From contig CANRTI010000003.1 in NCBI GenBank assembly GCA_947642635.1, positions 7,759-71,758 of the forward strand: DNA of 64,000 nt. Reading direction: 5' to 3'. The translations under genes were made by a program, and so were the position numbers. The notes below the pieces were generated by a model. That model was given only the letters and a program-made list of their open reading frames with translations, had not been told where the DNA came from and did not search any database. The stretch is from an uncultured Mycoplasma sp. (GTDB lineage Bacteria > Bacillota_I > Bacilli_A > RF39 > UBA660). Below are positions 31,654 to 41,929 of this stretch, in pieces (the first letter of the stretch is position 1; each line of letters begins with the position of its first letter).

Positions 31654-34290
31654 TTATCTTCTATTTCGTTTATTTGCTTTTATAGTAGCTTGTGCAGCAG
31701 CCAGCTTAGCAATAGGAATACGATACGCTGAACAAGAGACATAAGTTAATCCTAATTCTTCACAATAGAAAATACTTTTGGGATCACCACCATGTTCACC
31801 ACAAATTCCTAATTTTATATTCTTATTAACACTTCTTCCCTTTTGAATACCAATTTCCATTAATTTACCAACACCTTTTTGGTCAATTCTTTGAAAAGGA
31901 TCGAAATCATAAATTTGTTTTTGATAATAATCATCTAAAAATTTAGCGGCATCATCTCTAGAATATCCAAAAGTCATTTGGGTTAAATCATTAGTGCCAA
32001 AAGAGAAAAATTCAGCATGTTTAGCTATTTCATCTGCCATAAGACATGCTCTTGGAACTTCAATCATTGTTCCAATATGATATTCTAAATTACTATTATA
32101 TTCCCTTGTTATTTCTTCAGCTGTTTTAATAACTACTTCTTTAATGTATTTTAATTCATTAACATCCCCAATTAAAGGAATCATTATTTCTGGAACAATG
32201 GTAATATTTTCTTTTTGACTAATTTTAATAGCAGCTTCAATTAAAGCTTTTGTTTGCATGATAGCAATTTCGGGATAAGTTATTGCTAAACGACATCCTC
32301 GATGTCCCATCATCGGATTAAATTCATGAAGTTCTGCACATTTATTTTTAATTACTTCTTCACTAACATGCATTTCTTTAGCTAATTCAGTAATTTCTTT
32401 AATATCTTTTGGTAAAAATTCATGTAAAGGGGGATCTAAATAACGAACTGTTAATGGTAAACCTTTTAAAATACTAAATATTTTTTCAAAATCACTTTTT
32501 TGAAATTCTAATAATTCATTTAAAACTTTTTCTCTATCTTTTTTCGAATTAGCTAGAATCATTTTACGAATTTTAGGAATTCTTTCTTTAGCAAAAAACA
32601 TATGTTCTGTTCGACAAAGTCCAATTCCTTCAGCACCTAAATTAATTGCAGTTAAAGTATCCGCTGGATTATCAGCATTAGCTCTAATACCTAAATTACG
32701 ATAACTATCTGCCCAGTTCATAATTGTTTCAAAATCCCCTGCTATTGTATTAGGAATTGTCGGTATGTCACCTTTATAAATATATCCGGTCGCTCCATCT
32801 AAAGAAATGTAATCGCCCTCTTTAAAAATATGTTTACCTATTGTAAGAGTTTTATTAGCATTATCAATAACAGCATCAGAACACCCTGATACACAACATG
32901 TTCCCATTCCTCTTGCTACCACGGCAGCATGACTAGTCATACCACCTCGACCAGTTAATACACCTTCACTAGCAAGCATTCCTTCAATATCTTCTGGTGT
33001 AGTCTCTAGCCGTACTAAAATTACTCGTTCATTTTTTTGATGCATTTTTTTGGCAGTCGTTGCATCAAATACAATTTTTCCAGCACCAGCTCCAGGAGAT
33101 GCAGGTAAAGCAGTCGCAATAACTTCAGCTTTTTTTAAGGCATTTGGTTCAAAAGTCGGATGCAATAATTGATCTAAACTTTTTGCATCTATTTTTAATA
33201 AAGCTTCTTTTTTAGTTAGTTTATTCTCTTTTACTAAATCACAAACAATTTTAATGGCTGCTTGGGCCGTTCTTTTCCCACTACGAGTTTGTAAAATATA
33301 TAAACGCCCATTTTCGATAGTAAACTCCATGTCTTGCATATCACAATAATGATTTTCTAACTTTTGGGCAATTTTTACAAATTCTTGATAACAATTAGGT
33401 AAGTCTTCAGCTAATTTTTGAATTGGCTCTGGGGTTCTTATTCCTGCTACTACATCTTCACCTTGAGCATTAATTAAGTACTCACCATAAATTTGATTTT
33501 CACCAGTAGCAGGATTTCTAGTAAAAGCAACACCAGAACCAGATGTATTTCCCATATTACCAAAAACCATTATTTGAACATTCACTGCTGTTCCCCAATT
33601 ACTATCTATATCATTCATACGCCGATAAATTATAGCTCGTTCATTATTCCAGGATTTAAAAACGGCTTCAATAGCACACATAAGTTGATCATATACATCT
33701 TGTGGAAATTTTTCGTGTAATGTTTCTTGATATAAATTTTGATATTCAGCAATAATATTTTGTAAATCACTAGTGGTAAAATCTTGATCAGACTCATAGC
33801 TATTAATTTTTTTAATATTATCTAATATTTCTTCAAATTGAGATTTGGGAACACCTTTAACAACATCAGCATACATTTGAATAAAGCGCCGATAAGAATC
33901 ATATGCAAACCGCGGATTATTAGAGTGTACTGCAAATCCTTTTACTGATTCGTCATTTAAACCTAAATTTAAAATTGTATCCATCATTCCTGGCATACTT
34001 ATACGAGCACCACTACGAATTGATAATAACAAAGGGTTTTTAATATCACCAAATTTCTTACCACTAATTTTTTCTAATTTTTTAACGCTCTCAACAATCT
34101 CTTTCTTTATTTTATTGTTGATAACTAAGTTATTTTTATAATAATCATTACAAGCCATTGTACTAACTGTAAAGCCTTGTGGAATTGGCAATTTTAATTG
34201 AGTCATTTCAGCTAAATTAGCGCCTTTTCCTCCTAAGATATCCAACATATCTTTATGGCCTTCGCTAAACAAATAAACATATTTTTTCAT
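31654..34290 (-). CDS. ppdK: Pyruvate, phosphate dikinase
   Basis: LGGKGANLAEM, SMPGMMDT, GGMTSHAAVVAR, EGIGLCRTEHMF, FSFGTNDLTQ, GICGEHGGDP. Confidence 0.97.
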   Translation of the reverse strand: MKKYVYLFSEGHKDMLDILGGKGANLAEMTQLKLPIPQGFTVSTMACNDYYKNNLVINNKIKKEIVESVKKLEKISGKKFGDIKNPLLLSIRSGARISMPGMMDTILNLGLNDESVKGFAVHSNNPRFAYDSYRRFIQMYADVVKGVPKSQFEEILDNIKKINSYESDQDFTTSDLQNIIAEYQNLYQETLHEKFPQDVYDQLMCAIEAVFKSWNNERAIIYRRMNDIDSNWGTAVNVQIMVFGNMGNTSGSGVAFTRNPATGENQIYGEYLINAQGEDVVAGIRTPEPIQKLAEDLPNCYQEFVKIAQKLENHYCDMQDMEFTIENGRLYILQTRSGKRTAQAAIKIVCDLVKENKLTKKEALLKIDAKSLDQLLHPTFEPNALKKAEVIATALPASPGAGAGKIVFDATTAKKMHQKNERVILVRLETTPEDIEGMLASEGVLTGRGGMTSHAAVVARGMGTCCVSGCSDAVIDNANKTLTIGKHIFKEGDYISLDGATGYIYKGDIPTIPNTIAGDFETIMNWADSYRNLGIRANADNPADTLTAINLGAEGIGLCRTEHMFFAKERIPKIRKMILANSKKDREKVLNELLEFQKSDFEKIFSILKGLPLTVRYLDPPLHEFLPKDIKEITELAKEMHVSEEVIKNKCAELHEFNPMMGHRGCRLAITYPEIAIMQTKALIEAAIKISQKENITIVPEIMIPLIGDVNELKYIKEVVIKTAEEITREYNSNLEYHIGTMIEVPRACLMADEIAKHAEFFSFGTNDLTQMTFGYSRDDAAKFLDDYYQKQIYDFDPFQRIDQKGVGKLMEIGIQKGRSVNKNIKLGICGEHGGDPKSIFYCEELGLTYVSCSAYRIPIAKLAAAQATIKANKRNRR

Positions 34291-34354
34291 AACTTTTAAT
34301 CCTCCAAATTTATTGTAACACCAGAAATCTAAATTATTTGGTACACTTTAGGAC

Positions 34355-35257
34355 TTAGACATTTTTTTGACGGTTTTTATTGGGATGAAATTTTAAATAA
34401 GCTGCTCTTAGGCGTTCATTACTCACATGGGTATAAATCTCTGTAGTATTTAAATTTTCATGTCCTAACATTTCTTGAACACTTTTTAAATCAGCTCCAT
34501 TATCTAATAGATGAGTTGCAAAAGTATGTCTTAAAGTATGGGGAGATATTTTCCGAGCAACTGATGAAGTTTTTAGAATTTTATCAATTATATATTCGAC
34601 ACTTTCTCTACTAATTGGGTTTCCTTCTCTATTAACAAAAAGAAATTCATTAGTTTGAGGTTTAAACAAAGACCTAATTTTTAAATATTTTTCTAAACTA
34701 AGAGATGCTATACGGCCATAATACACTATTCGTTCTTTGTTTCCCTTACCAATAATTCGAATTGTTTTTTCACTTAAATTAAGATCATTCAAACTTATAT
34801 TACATAATTCACTTACTCTTATTCCAGTTGAATAAAAAATTTCAAAAATACATTTATTGCGAATTCCATCATTACTACTTTCATCAATACTATCTAAAAT
34901 TTTTTCAATTTCAACCATACTTAAATAATTGGGTAATTTTTTTTCAACTTTAGGATTTCTAATTCTTTTAAAAATATTATTTTCTAATAGTTTAATATCA
35001 TTTAAAAAAGTATAAAAACTACGAAGAGCACTTAAAATACGAGAAATACTTTTGTTACTATATTTTAATTTATCTAAATATTTTAAAAATCCAATAATAT
35101 CTTTTTTATCAATTGTTAAATAATTAATTTGCATTTTTTTTAAATATTCTAAATATCTAAATAAATCTCGCTCATAGTTTTCTTTTGTTTTTTCACTATA
35201 GTTTAATTCTTTAATTAAATATTCTAAAAATTTTGATATTGCTTCTTCTATCTTCAT
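34355..35257 (-). CDS. xerC: XerC/D-type tyrosine recombinase
   Basis: SAM-like N-domain, TGIRVSEL, GKGNKER, HTLRHTFATHLL, LGH, TEIYTH. Confidence 0.8.
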   Translation of the reverse strand: MKIEEAISKFLEYLIKELNYSEKTKENYERDLFRYLEYLKKMQINYLTIDKKDIIGFLKYLDKLKYSNKSISRILSALRSFYTFLNDIKLLENNIFKRIRNPKVEKKLPNYLSMVEIEKILDSIDESSNDGIRNKCIFEIFYSTGIRVSELCNISLNDLNLSEKTIRIIGKGNKERIVYYGRIASLSLEKYLKIRSLFKPQTNEFLFVNREGNPISRESVEYIIDKILKTSSVARKISPHTLRHTFATHLLDNGADLKSVQEMLGHENLNTTEIYTHVSNERLRAAYLKFHPNKNRQKNV

Positions 35258-35289
35258 AATTCAATTATATAACAAAAAAAATTAAATGA

Positions 35290-35868
35290 CTATGCTACAT
35301 CACTTAATTTTTCTAATTTTCGTAATTTTTCAAGATTTCTTTTTTGAACTTCACTTGCTATAGTTAAATAAATACTTCGACTTTTATGATAAGGTAATTC
35401 CAAAATCATTTGAAACATTGCCTCTTTTGAATTATTTCGTAATACTTCTTTGAATCTATCTAATAGACCACGAATAAAATCGGGATGTGTAAATACACTT
35501 TCAACAATTTTTTTATACATGCCAAATATTTTATTTTTTAAATTTTGATCAATCTCTTCTGAAACTTCTTGATAGTTTATTACATTTAAATAATCATCTT
35601 TTGTTAAAATGGCTAAATTATGTTTTAAATCACTAATTATTCTTAAGCTACCAATGATATAATCATCTTGGACCATGTTACTTCTTTTTACTGCTTCGCG
35701 TAATTCATTCTCACTAAAATTAGAAGTAAAAGCATCAATACTTACTATATCATTTGGAATATATTGGGCGCAAATATCTAGCTTATTAATATCAATTAAA
35801 TTGTAGTCACCAGGTCGTTTTTCTAAAACTAAATAATATCCCACATTACCATTATCTAGCATAGCCAT
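35290..35868 (-). CDS. Hypothetical protein
   Basis: 192-aa ORF, RBS AAGGAG. Confidence 0.7.
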   Translation of the reverse strand: MAMLDNGNVGYYLVLEKRPGDYNLIDINKLDICAQYIPNDIVSIDAFTSNFSENELREAVKRSNMVQDDYIIGSLRIISDLKHNLAILTKDDYLNVINYQEVSEEIDQNLKNKIFGMYKKIVESVFTHPDFIRGLLDRFKEVLRNNSKEAMFQMILELPYHKSRSIYLTIASEVQKRNLEKLRKLEKLSDVA

Positions 35869-35948
35869 TCTCCTTTCAAGGGTTAATTATTATATCATAT
35901 TTACATTTAAATTGTCAATCTGTTCAAAGCTCGTGTTAGATAAATAGA

Positions 35949-36299
35949 TTATTCGCTCCACTTTCTAGATATATTGATTCTTTCTTTTGCTAAAATAGAT
36001 TCAAATAAATTGATATTTAAAGTATTACAAATAGATGTTAAAACGATAAAGACATCTGCTATTTCATTTTCGACAGTATCATAATTAGCAATTTTATTTT
36101 TATCAATAGTCATATTAGTTTTTTCTTTTCTAATGGCTTTAGCTAGTTCTCCGACTTCTTCAATTAAAAGTAAAACGGTTTGTTCAATTGGTTGATTTTT
36201 AAATCCTCTTATATCAATAACTTCTCTAATATAATTTTGAATAGTATCTAAATTACTATACTTATCTAATTTGCTATATAAATCTCCTTGATTATTCAT
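35949..36299 (-). CDS. MazG-like nucleotide pyrophosphohydrolase
   Basis: LIEEVGELAKAIRK...EIADVFI. Confidence 0.88.
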   Translation of the reverse strand: MNNQGDLYSKLDKYSNLDTIQNYIREVIDIRGFKNQPIEQTVLLLIEEVGELAKAIRKEKTNMTIDKNKIANYDTVENEIADVFIVLTSICNTLNINLFESILAKERINISRKWSE

Positions 36300-36319
36300 A
36301 AATATACCTCTTTTAAATT

Positions 36320-37453
36320 TTAATTACTTTGTTTTCTCTCTAATTTTTCTTTGGTAAATTCAAATATTACTCGTAAAATTGTTAAAGTAGGCGTTGCAAA
36401 AATCATCCCAATAATTCCAAAAAAGTGACCAAATACTAATAAAGCAATAATTATTGCTACTGGGTGAACACTACTAGCTCGACTCATAACAATTGGTTGC
36501 AAAATATAATTTTCAAATATTTGAACAATAATACAGATGATAAGAGCACCAATTCCAATTAACGGATCTTGAGTTAAACCAACAATAACTGCTGCTGCCC
36601 CACCAATATATGGTCCGATAAAGGGAATTAAATCAGTTAAGCCACAGAAGAAACCAAATAATACAGGAGCATTTAAACCAATTAAAGCAAAACCAACCGA
36701 ATCACAAATAAGTACTACTAAAGCGACTAAAAATGTTCCATTAACGCATTTTCTTACTTCGGTACTCATTCGGGAAGATAAATGATGAACATCATCTTGT
36801 AGCGATTTAGGGAATAATTTTTTAATATGTCTTGCAATACTTTCATAATCAACTAACATGTAAAGGCCAATTATTAAGCCCATGGCAAACGAACCAATTC
36901 CACTAAATAAAGCAACAATAAAATTAATTAGAATATTAGGTAGTTCTTTAACAATATCGGTACCATAATTAGAAATTGTAGTTAAAAGCTTATTTTGGAA
37001 ATCTCCTAAAGCTAAACCTCTAATTTCTAAATTAGTAAATATTTCTTTAATACTAGAAGTTATTTTTTCGACAAACCCTGGTATTAAACCAACTATTTCA
37101 TTTCCTTCATTATAAATTGTTGGTATAAAAATATATAATAAAAAGAAAATGACAGCAATAAATACTAAAAAAACAATCATCGAACTTAAAGTGTTATTTT
37201 TGATTTTAGTATTTAATTTTAAAACTAGTGGTCTTAGAAGCCATGCCAGAATAAAACCAATAAAAAATGGACTAATAACTCCCATAAATTCTAAAATGGT
37301 TTTTAAAATGTTTAGTTTTTGTAATGCTACAATACCAAAAAGTATTAGACAAGCAATAAAAACAATGTAAAGTACTTTTAAAATTTTTTTAGATAGACTA
37401 ATTACTTCATTTAATTCTTTTTTATTAATCTCTTTATCAATTTTGTTTTTCAT
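36320..37453 (-). CDS. AI-2E family transporter
   Basis: PFFIGFILAWLLRP, LIPFIGPYIG, ENYILQPIVM, HPVAII, GIIGMIFATP. Confidence 0.9.
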   Translation of the reverse strand: MKNKIDKEINKKELNEVISLSKKILKVLYIVFIACLILFGIVALQKLNILKTILEFMGVISPFFIGFILAWLLRPLVLKLNTKIKNNTLSSMIVFLVFIAVIFFLLYIFIPTIYNEGNEIVGLIPGFVEKITSSIKEIFTNLEIRGLALGDFQNKLLTTISNYGTDIVKELPNILINFIVALFSGIGSFAMGLIIGLYMLVDYESIARHIKKLFPKSLQDDVHHLSSRMSTEVRKCVNGTFLVALVVLICDSVGFALIGLNAPVLFGFFCGLTDLIPFIGPYIGGAAAVIVGLTQDPLIGIGALIICIIVQIFENYILQPIVMSRASSVHPVAIIIALLVFGHFFGIIGMIFATPTLTILRVIFEFTKEKLERKQSN

Positions 37454-37530
37454 TTTTTCACATCCTTAATTATATTATACTATTAATTAATTAAAATAAC
37501 ATTAAAAAAAATAAATAAAGGTATCAACCT

Positions 37531-37692
37531 CTATTTATTCATATTATTACTTGACATAGAATTGGCTTTATCTAATAAATTATTAATTAATCTATCAGCT
37601 TTACCTTTGGTATTCTTATTCATTAAAGTATAAGCACCAACACCAATTAAACTAGCCATTAATAAACCTGATACAACTTCTATCTTTTTCAT
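37531..37692 (-). CDS. Small membrane-anchored protein (53 aa, absent from the ORF track)
   Basis: MKKIEVVSGLLMASLIGVGAYTLMNKNTKGKADRLINNLLDKANSMSSNNMNK; RBS GAGGTGG; hairpin downstream. Confidence 0.7.
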   Translation of the reverse strand: MKKIEVVSGLLMASLIGVGAYTLMNKNTKGKADRLINNLLDKANSMSSNNMNK

Positions 37693-37733
37693 TTCAACCA
37701 CCTCTAATAGTAGTATGGCTCTAAATAAATAAA

Positions 37734-39938
37734 TTATGTATCTAAAAATTTATTATTTAATTGTTCTTGTAAAGTCGTTTTACGCATATTGCCATAATCA
37801 TTCATAACCCCTTTATAAAATGCTTCAATATCACCAATTAAAATTAAACTTTTTTTAGCCCGACTAACACCAGTATATAATATTTTATTATAAAGCATAG
37901 TTCGATATTGGTATGTTATTGGCATTATGACATGATCAAATTCACTACCTTGACTTTTATGAATAGTAATAGCATAAGCATGCCGAATATTTTTTAAATT
38001 CTTTTTCTGATACATAACTAGATTACCATCAAAATCAATATTCACAACTTCTTTTTTATAAGGAGTATTAATTGTAGCAATACTTTTAATAAACCCAATA
38101 TCACCATTAAAGACGTTATTATCAGCATCATTTACTAATTGTAAAACTTTATCACCTTCTTTAAAATATACATCTCCATAAAGAATTTTTCGTTGCCCAA
38201 CGTCAGCATTAAATATTTCACATAACATGATATTTAAATTATCAATGCCATTTTCTCCTTTGTACATAGGAGCTAAAACTTGTAATTTATTCTCATCATA
38301 ACCTTTAGTAATACCCGCTTCAATAATCTTTTTAATACTTAATTTAATATTTTTAGTATCTATATTAATAAAATTATAATCATCTTTTTTATTCATAAAT
38401 TCTTCGGCTAACTCTTTATTTTTTATTTCTTTAGCAAGATAAGGAATATAAGAATTTTCACTTTGACGATAAATATGATTTAAAGGTATATAATTAAATA
38501 AATCACTACTAATAAGGTCATTTAACAATAAACCAGGGCCAACAGAAGGAAGTTGAAAGGCATCTCCTACTAAAATAAGTTGAACATAACTTGGAATTCC
38601 TTTTAAAAGTGCCGCAAATAAACTATTATCAACCATACTAACTTCATCAACTATTACTAATCTTTGAAAGTTTTTATTATTTTCATTAATCATAAAATCA
38701 TTAGTATCTTTATTCCATTTTAAATAACGATGGATTGTTGATGCTGGTAGACCTGTTGATGTACTCATTTTTTTACTAGCCCGACCAGTTGGAGCTAAAA
38801 GAGCAATTTGTTCAATAACTTCTAAATTACTTAACTTATTCTTTTCAACATATAATTTAACAATCGCATTGATAATTGTCGTTTTACCAGTACCAGGGCC
38901 ACCACTAATAATTGTAATATTATTATTTAAGGCATCATTAATTGCTTTTTTTTGATCTTTATTATATTCAATTTTTAATTTTTGTTCTAATTTATTAATT
39001 TTTTCATTATAATCAAACTTATTGATATCTCTTTTTGAAATCTTTTTTAAAAGCTCAGCAATAATTACTTCAGCTTCATAATTCTCTTGTAAATAATATC
39101 TATTTTCTAAATCTATAACAATGAATAATTCTTCTTCTAATTCTTTTAAATAATCTAAGTAAGTTTCATAATCTACATTAATATTAAATATTTTTTCTAA
39201 ATAAGAAAATATATCTTCAGGTTTATAATATATATCTCCTGTATTATTAGATAGTGCTTTCATACCTTCTAGAATACATGCCTTGACTCTTCTTTTATCA
39301 AAACGATCGCTACAATTGTTTAAAAAGATATTATCTAATCTTTTAAAATCAATTATTTCATTTAATAAATAAATATTACTATTGATTATGTCTTCAATGC
39401 AATCTTTATATTTAATGTATATACGGCCAGATTCTTCAATAGAAAAACCTAGATTTTTTAGTTTTAAAATAACATCACTACTTTTAGAATAATTCATTAA
39501 TGAATTATGAATATTTTCTCTTTTATTTTCATTCATGCCTTCAACTTTATCTAAAGCAAACTTGTCTTCTTTAATGATTTCTAGACTTTTAGCCCCATAC
39601 ATTTTTACAATATTTTCGGCGGTTTTTTTGCCACATCCTTTAATAAAAGAACTACTCAAAAACTCAATAATATCATCATTATCTTCTGGAATAATTATAG
39701 TATATTTCTCAATTTTAAATTGATTACCAAACCGTTCATGGATAGTAAAATCTCCTTCAATTCGCATTAAAGTATCTAATTTTAAATCTAGAATGGTTCC
39801 TGTTATAGTTATACTCTTCTTTAAATATGCTTTGTTTTGATCGTTATATATTTTAGACACGCGAAAAATTGCTACTAGATATCCATTAGCTTCATTATGA
39901 TAAATAACACTTTTAATTTTCCCTTCAAAACAATTCAT
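37734..39938 (-). CDS. recD2: ATP-dependent RecD-like DNA helicase
   Basis: HERFGNQF, GGPGTGKTT, LAPTGRAS, TIHR, VDEVSMVD, QLPSVGPG, TIHKSQGSEF. Confidence 0.93.
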   Translation of the reverse strand: MNCFEGKIKSVIYHNEANGYLVAIFRVSKIYNDQNKAYLKKSITITGTILDLKLDTLMRIEGDFTIHERFGNQFKIEKYTIIIPEDNDDIIEFLSSSFIKGCGKKTAENIVKMYGAKSLEIIKEDKFALDKVEGMNENKRENIHNSLMNYSKSSDVILKLKNLGFSIEESGRIYIKYKDCIEDIINSNIYLLNEIIDFKRLDNIFLNNCSDRFDKRRVKACILEGMKALSNNTGDIYYKPEDIFSYLEKIFNINVDYETYLDYLKELEEELFIVIDLENRYYLQENYEAEVIIAELLKKISKRDINKFDYNEKINKLEQKLKIEYNKDQKKAINDALNNNITIISGGPGTGKTTIINAIVKLYVEKNKLSNLEVIEQIALLAPTGRASKKMSTSTGLPASTIHRYLKWNKDTNDFMINENNKNFQRLVIVDEVSMVDNSLFAALLKGIPSYVQLILVGDAFQLPSVGPGLLLNDLISSDLFNYIPLNHIYRQSENSYIPYLAKEIKNKELAEEFMNKKDDYNFINIDTKNIKLSIKKIIEAGITKGYDENKLQVLAPMYKGENGIDNLNIMLCEIFNADVGQRKILYGDVYFKEGDKVLQLVNDADNNVFNGDIGFIKSIATINTPYKKEVVNIDFDGNLVMYQKKNLKNIRHAYAITIHKSQGSEFDHVIMPITYQYRTMLYNKILYTGVSRAKKSLILIGDIEAFYKGVMNDYGNMRKTTLQEQLNNKFLDT

Positions 39939-40166
39939 AAAATTAATTATACTCTATAAAATTTAAAAACACCATTAAATAATTAAAAAAATGTATATTT
40001 TTTATTTTATCGGTAATAATAAGAATACGAAAGAAAGAAAAATTGTACTAAACTTATTAAAATTATTTTTTTTGGATTCTTCCATATTCTTTTATATCTC
40101 GCTTTCTTTCGTTTTTTTATGCCTTTTTTTCTAATTATTTATATTGTGTAGTCAAATTTAAGCATT

Positions 40167-40186
40167 AAAAAACCCCATAAAGGGGA
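40167..40186 (-). terminator. Terminator after tRNA-Ser
   Basis: CCCC/GGGG stem followed by a T-tract on the minus strand. Confidence 0.6.
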
Positions 40187-40198
40187 TTAATTTACTAA

Positions 40199-40289
40199 TG
40201 GCGGAGCAGGAGAGATTTGAACTCTCGCGCCGGTTACCCGACCTACACCCTTAGCAGGGGCGCCTCTTCAGCCTCTTGAGTACTACTCC
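40199..40289 (-). tRNA. tRNA-Ser(GCT)
   Basis: GGAGTAGTACTCAAGAGGCTGAAGAGGCGCCCCT-GCT-AAGGGTGTAGGTCGGGTAACCGGCGCGAGAGTTCAAATCTCTCCTGCTCCGCCA; long variable arm, encoded CCA. Confidence 0.97.
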
Positions 40290-40414
40290 ATACCAAGAAT
40301 ACTTCTATAGTTTAACATAATAATTAAACATAGTCAATTCTAAACCTAAACATTTTTAGTATACGTTTAAAATGCTAGTTTATACAAAAAATCTAAAACT
40401 TAGGTGTTTTAGAT

Positions 40415-41338
40415 CTATTTAATTAATAAATTTCTAATTAAAGCAATATTTTCGTATTGAATTGAGATATAATCACTAGATGAATCAGCATTAGTTGTTA
40501 TATCTTTAATTTCAATAACGGTTGCTTTATATTTTTCAACTAGTTCAGTAATTAATTCCGTATCGCTTTCATTAGCTAATTTAATAATGGAAGAATATTT
40601 GGCATTCTTAAATTTGTTTTTTATTTCATTAAGGGCATTTTCACTATCAGAGGCCACTATTTCTTCTAAAGAAATAACATTAAAGCCATAGTGTTCTAAA
40701 AATTTGAAAACATTAGATGAAACAACAAGAGTGTTATTATCATTTTCTTTAGCTTCTTTAGCAATGCTTCTTAATTCAGCATCAATCCAAGATACTTTGA
40801 CATATAAATCATCGTATTTTTTATTAATTTCTTCGGCTTTAAGAGAATTATCTAAATACTCAATTAAAGAATTTTTGATATTTTTGGCAAGCATTAAGAA
40901 ATTGTTGGGAGCAACCCATAATTCTTCTACACTATTAATATTATCGCTTAAACCATAAGTCGCATCAATTATTAATAAAGCATTATTTTCATTAAGAAAA
41001 GACTTAGCGAGTCTTTCTTCATGACCTAAACCTAAATAAACAAATAAATCTCCTTTAGCATACTCTTTGATTTGCTTATCAGTTAATTTATAACTATCTA
41101 AATCTACTTCACTAGGATAAATACTTAAAATAGTGCTATTGTCGCCATATAAATAATTGGTTATGAATGATACTGGATAAGTAGTTGTATAAATAGTAGC
41201 ATTGTCCAGATTGTTTTTGTTAAAACTACAACCACTAGTAAATAAAATACTAATAATTAATAAACAAATAATTTTAATTTTTTTCATATAGTCACTCAAT
41301 TCTTCTAATATTTTACTATATCCATTTGTTTTTATCAA
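40415..41338 (-). CDS. ZnuA/AdcA-like solute-binding lipoprotein (degenerate metal site)
   Basis: Lipobox TSGC, IYTTTYPV, DLFVYLGLG.E; likely start MKKIK at 41287. Confidence 0.75.
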   Translation of the reverse strand: MIKTNGYSKILEELSDYMKKIKIICLLIISILFTSGCSFNKNNLDNATIYTTTYPVSFITNYLYGDNSTILSIYPSEVDLDSYKLTDKQIKEYAKGDLFVYLGLGHEERLAKSFLNENNALLIIDATYGLSDNINSVEELWVAPNNFLMLAKNIKNSLIEYLDNSLKAEEINKKYDDLYVKVSWIDAELRSIAKEAKENDNNTLVVSSNVFKFLEHYGFNVISLEEIVASDSENALNEIKNKFKNAKYSSIIKLANESDTELITELVEKYKATVIEIKDITTNADSSSDYISIQYENIALIRNLLIK

Positions 41339-41927
41339 TATAATATGTAATAGTTAAAAGAATAATTCCTGAAACTAAGAAACCACCAATAATATCACTA
41401 GCATAATGGGCTCCTAAATAAATGCGGCTCATTCCAACTAAAACAGGGATAATTCCTAATATAATACTGAAAATTAATTTCATTTTCTTAGATAAATTAC
41501 TCTTAATTACTAAATAAATTAAAATTCCATACATAGAAAATGCAGCCATGGCATGACCACTTGGATAACTAAATGTGTGTTCTTCAACTAAACGTAAAAC
41601 ACTAGGACGATCTCTTCTAATTATTAGTTTAATAACATTATTAATAACTGTTGAAATAATTAAAGTAGCCGCCACCACAAAACCTTTATTTCTTTTTTTG
41701 AAAAAAATAAAACACCCTAAAAATAGCAAAACTAATATAATAATAAATAAAGTACTACCTAAAAAAGTAAAACATTTATATATGGTAGTTAAAGTACTAT
41801 TCATATTTCTAGTAAGAAAATTATAAATTGCAGTATCAAAACTAGCCATATTAGAAGTTTTGACTAAGACTGTTAATATTAAAAATAATACACCTAAACT
41901 AATTATATACCATTTACGATTTTTCAT
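41316..41927 (-). CDS. PAP2 family phosphatase
   Basis: KLIIRRDRP, SYPSGHA and SRIYLGAHYASD motifs. Confidence 0.92.
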   Translation of the reverse strand: MKNRKWYIISLGVLFLILTVLVKTSNMASFDTAIYNFLTRNMNSTLTTIYKCFTFLGSTLFIIILVLLFLGCFIFFKKRNKGFVVAATLIISTVINNVIKLIIRRDRPSVLRLVEEHTFSYPSGHAMAAFSMYGILIYLVIKSNLSKKMKLIFSIILGIIPVLVGMSRIYLGAHYASDIIGGFLVSGIILLTITYYIDKNKWI

Positions 41928-41929
41928 TT

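Noticed and set aside
34355-35257. Tyrosine recombinase as an integron integrase for the array
   Set aside because: Ordinary XerC/D length and motifs, no IntI-specific insertion, housekeeping context, more than 22 kb from the array
40199-40289. tRNA-Ser as an integration site
   Set aside because: No duplicated tRNA 3' end or adjacent integrase seen in the window
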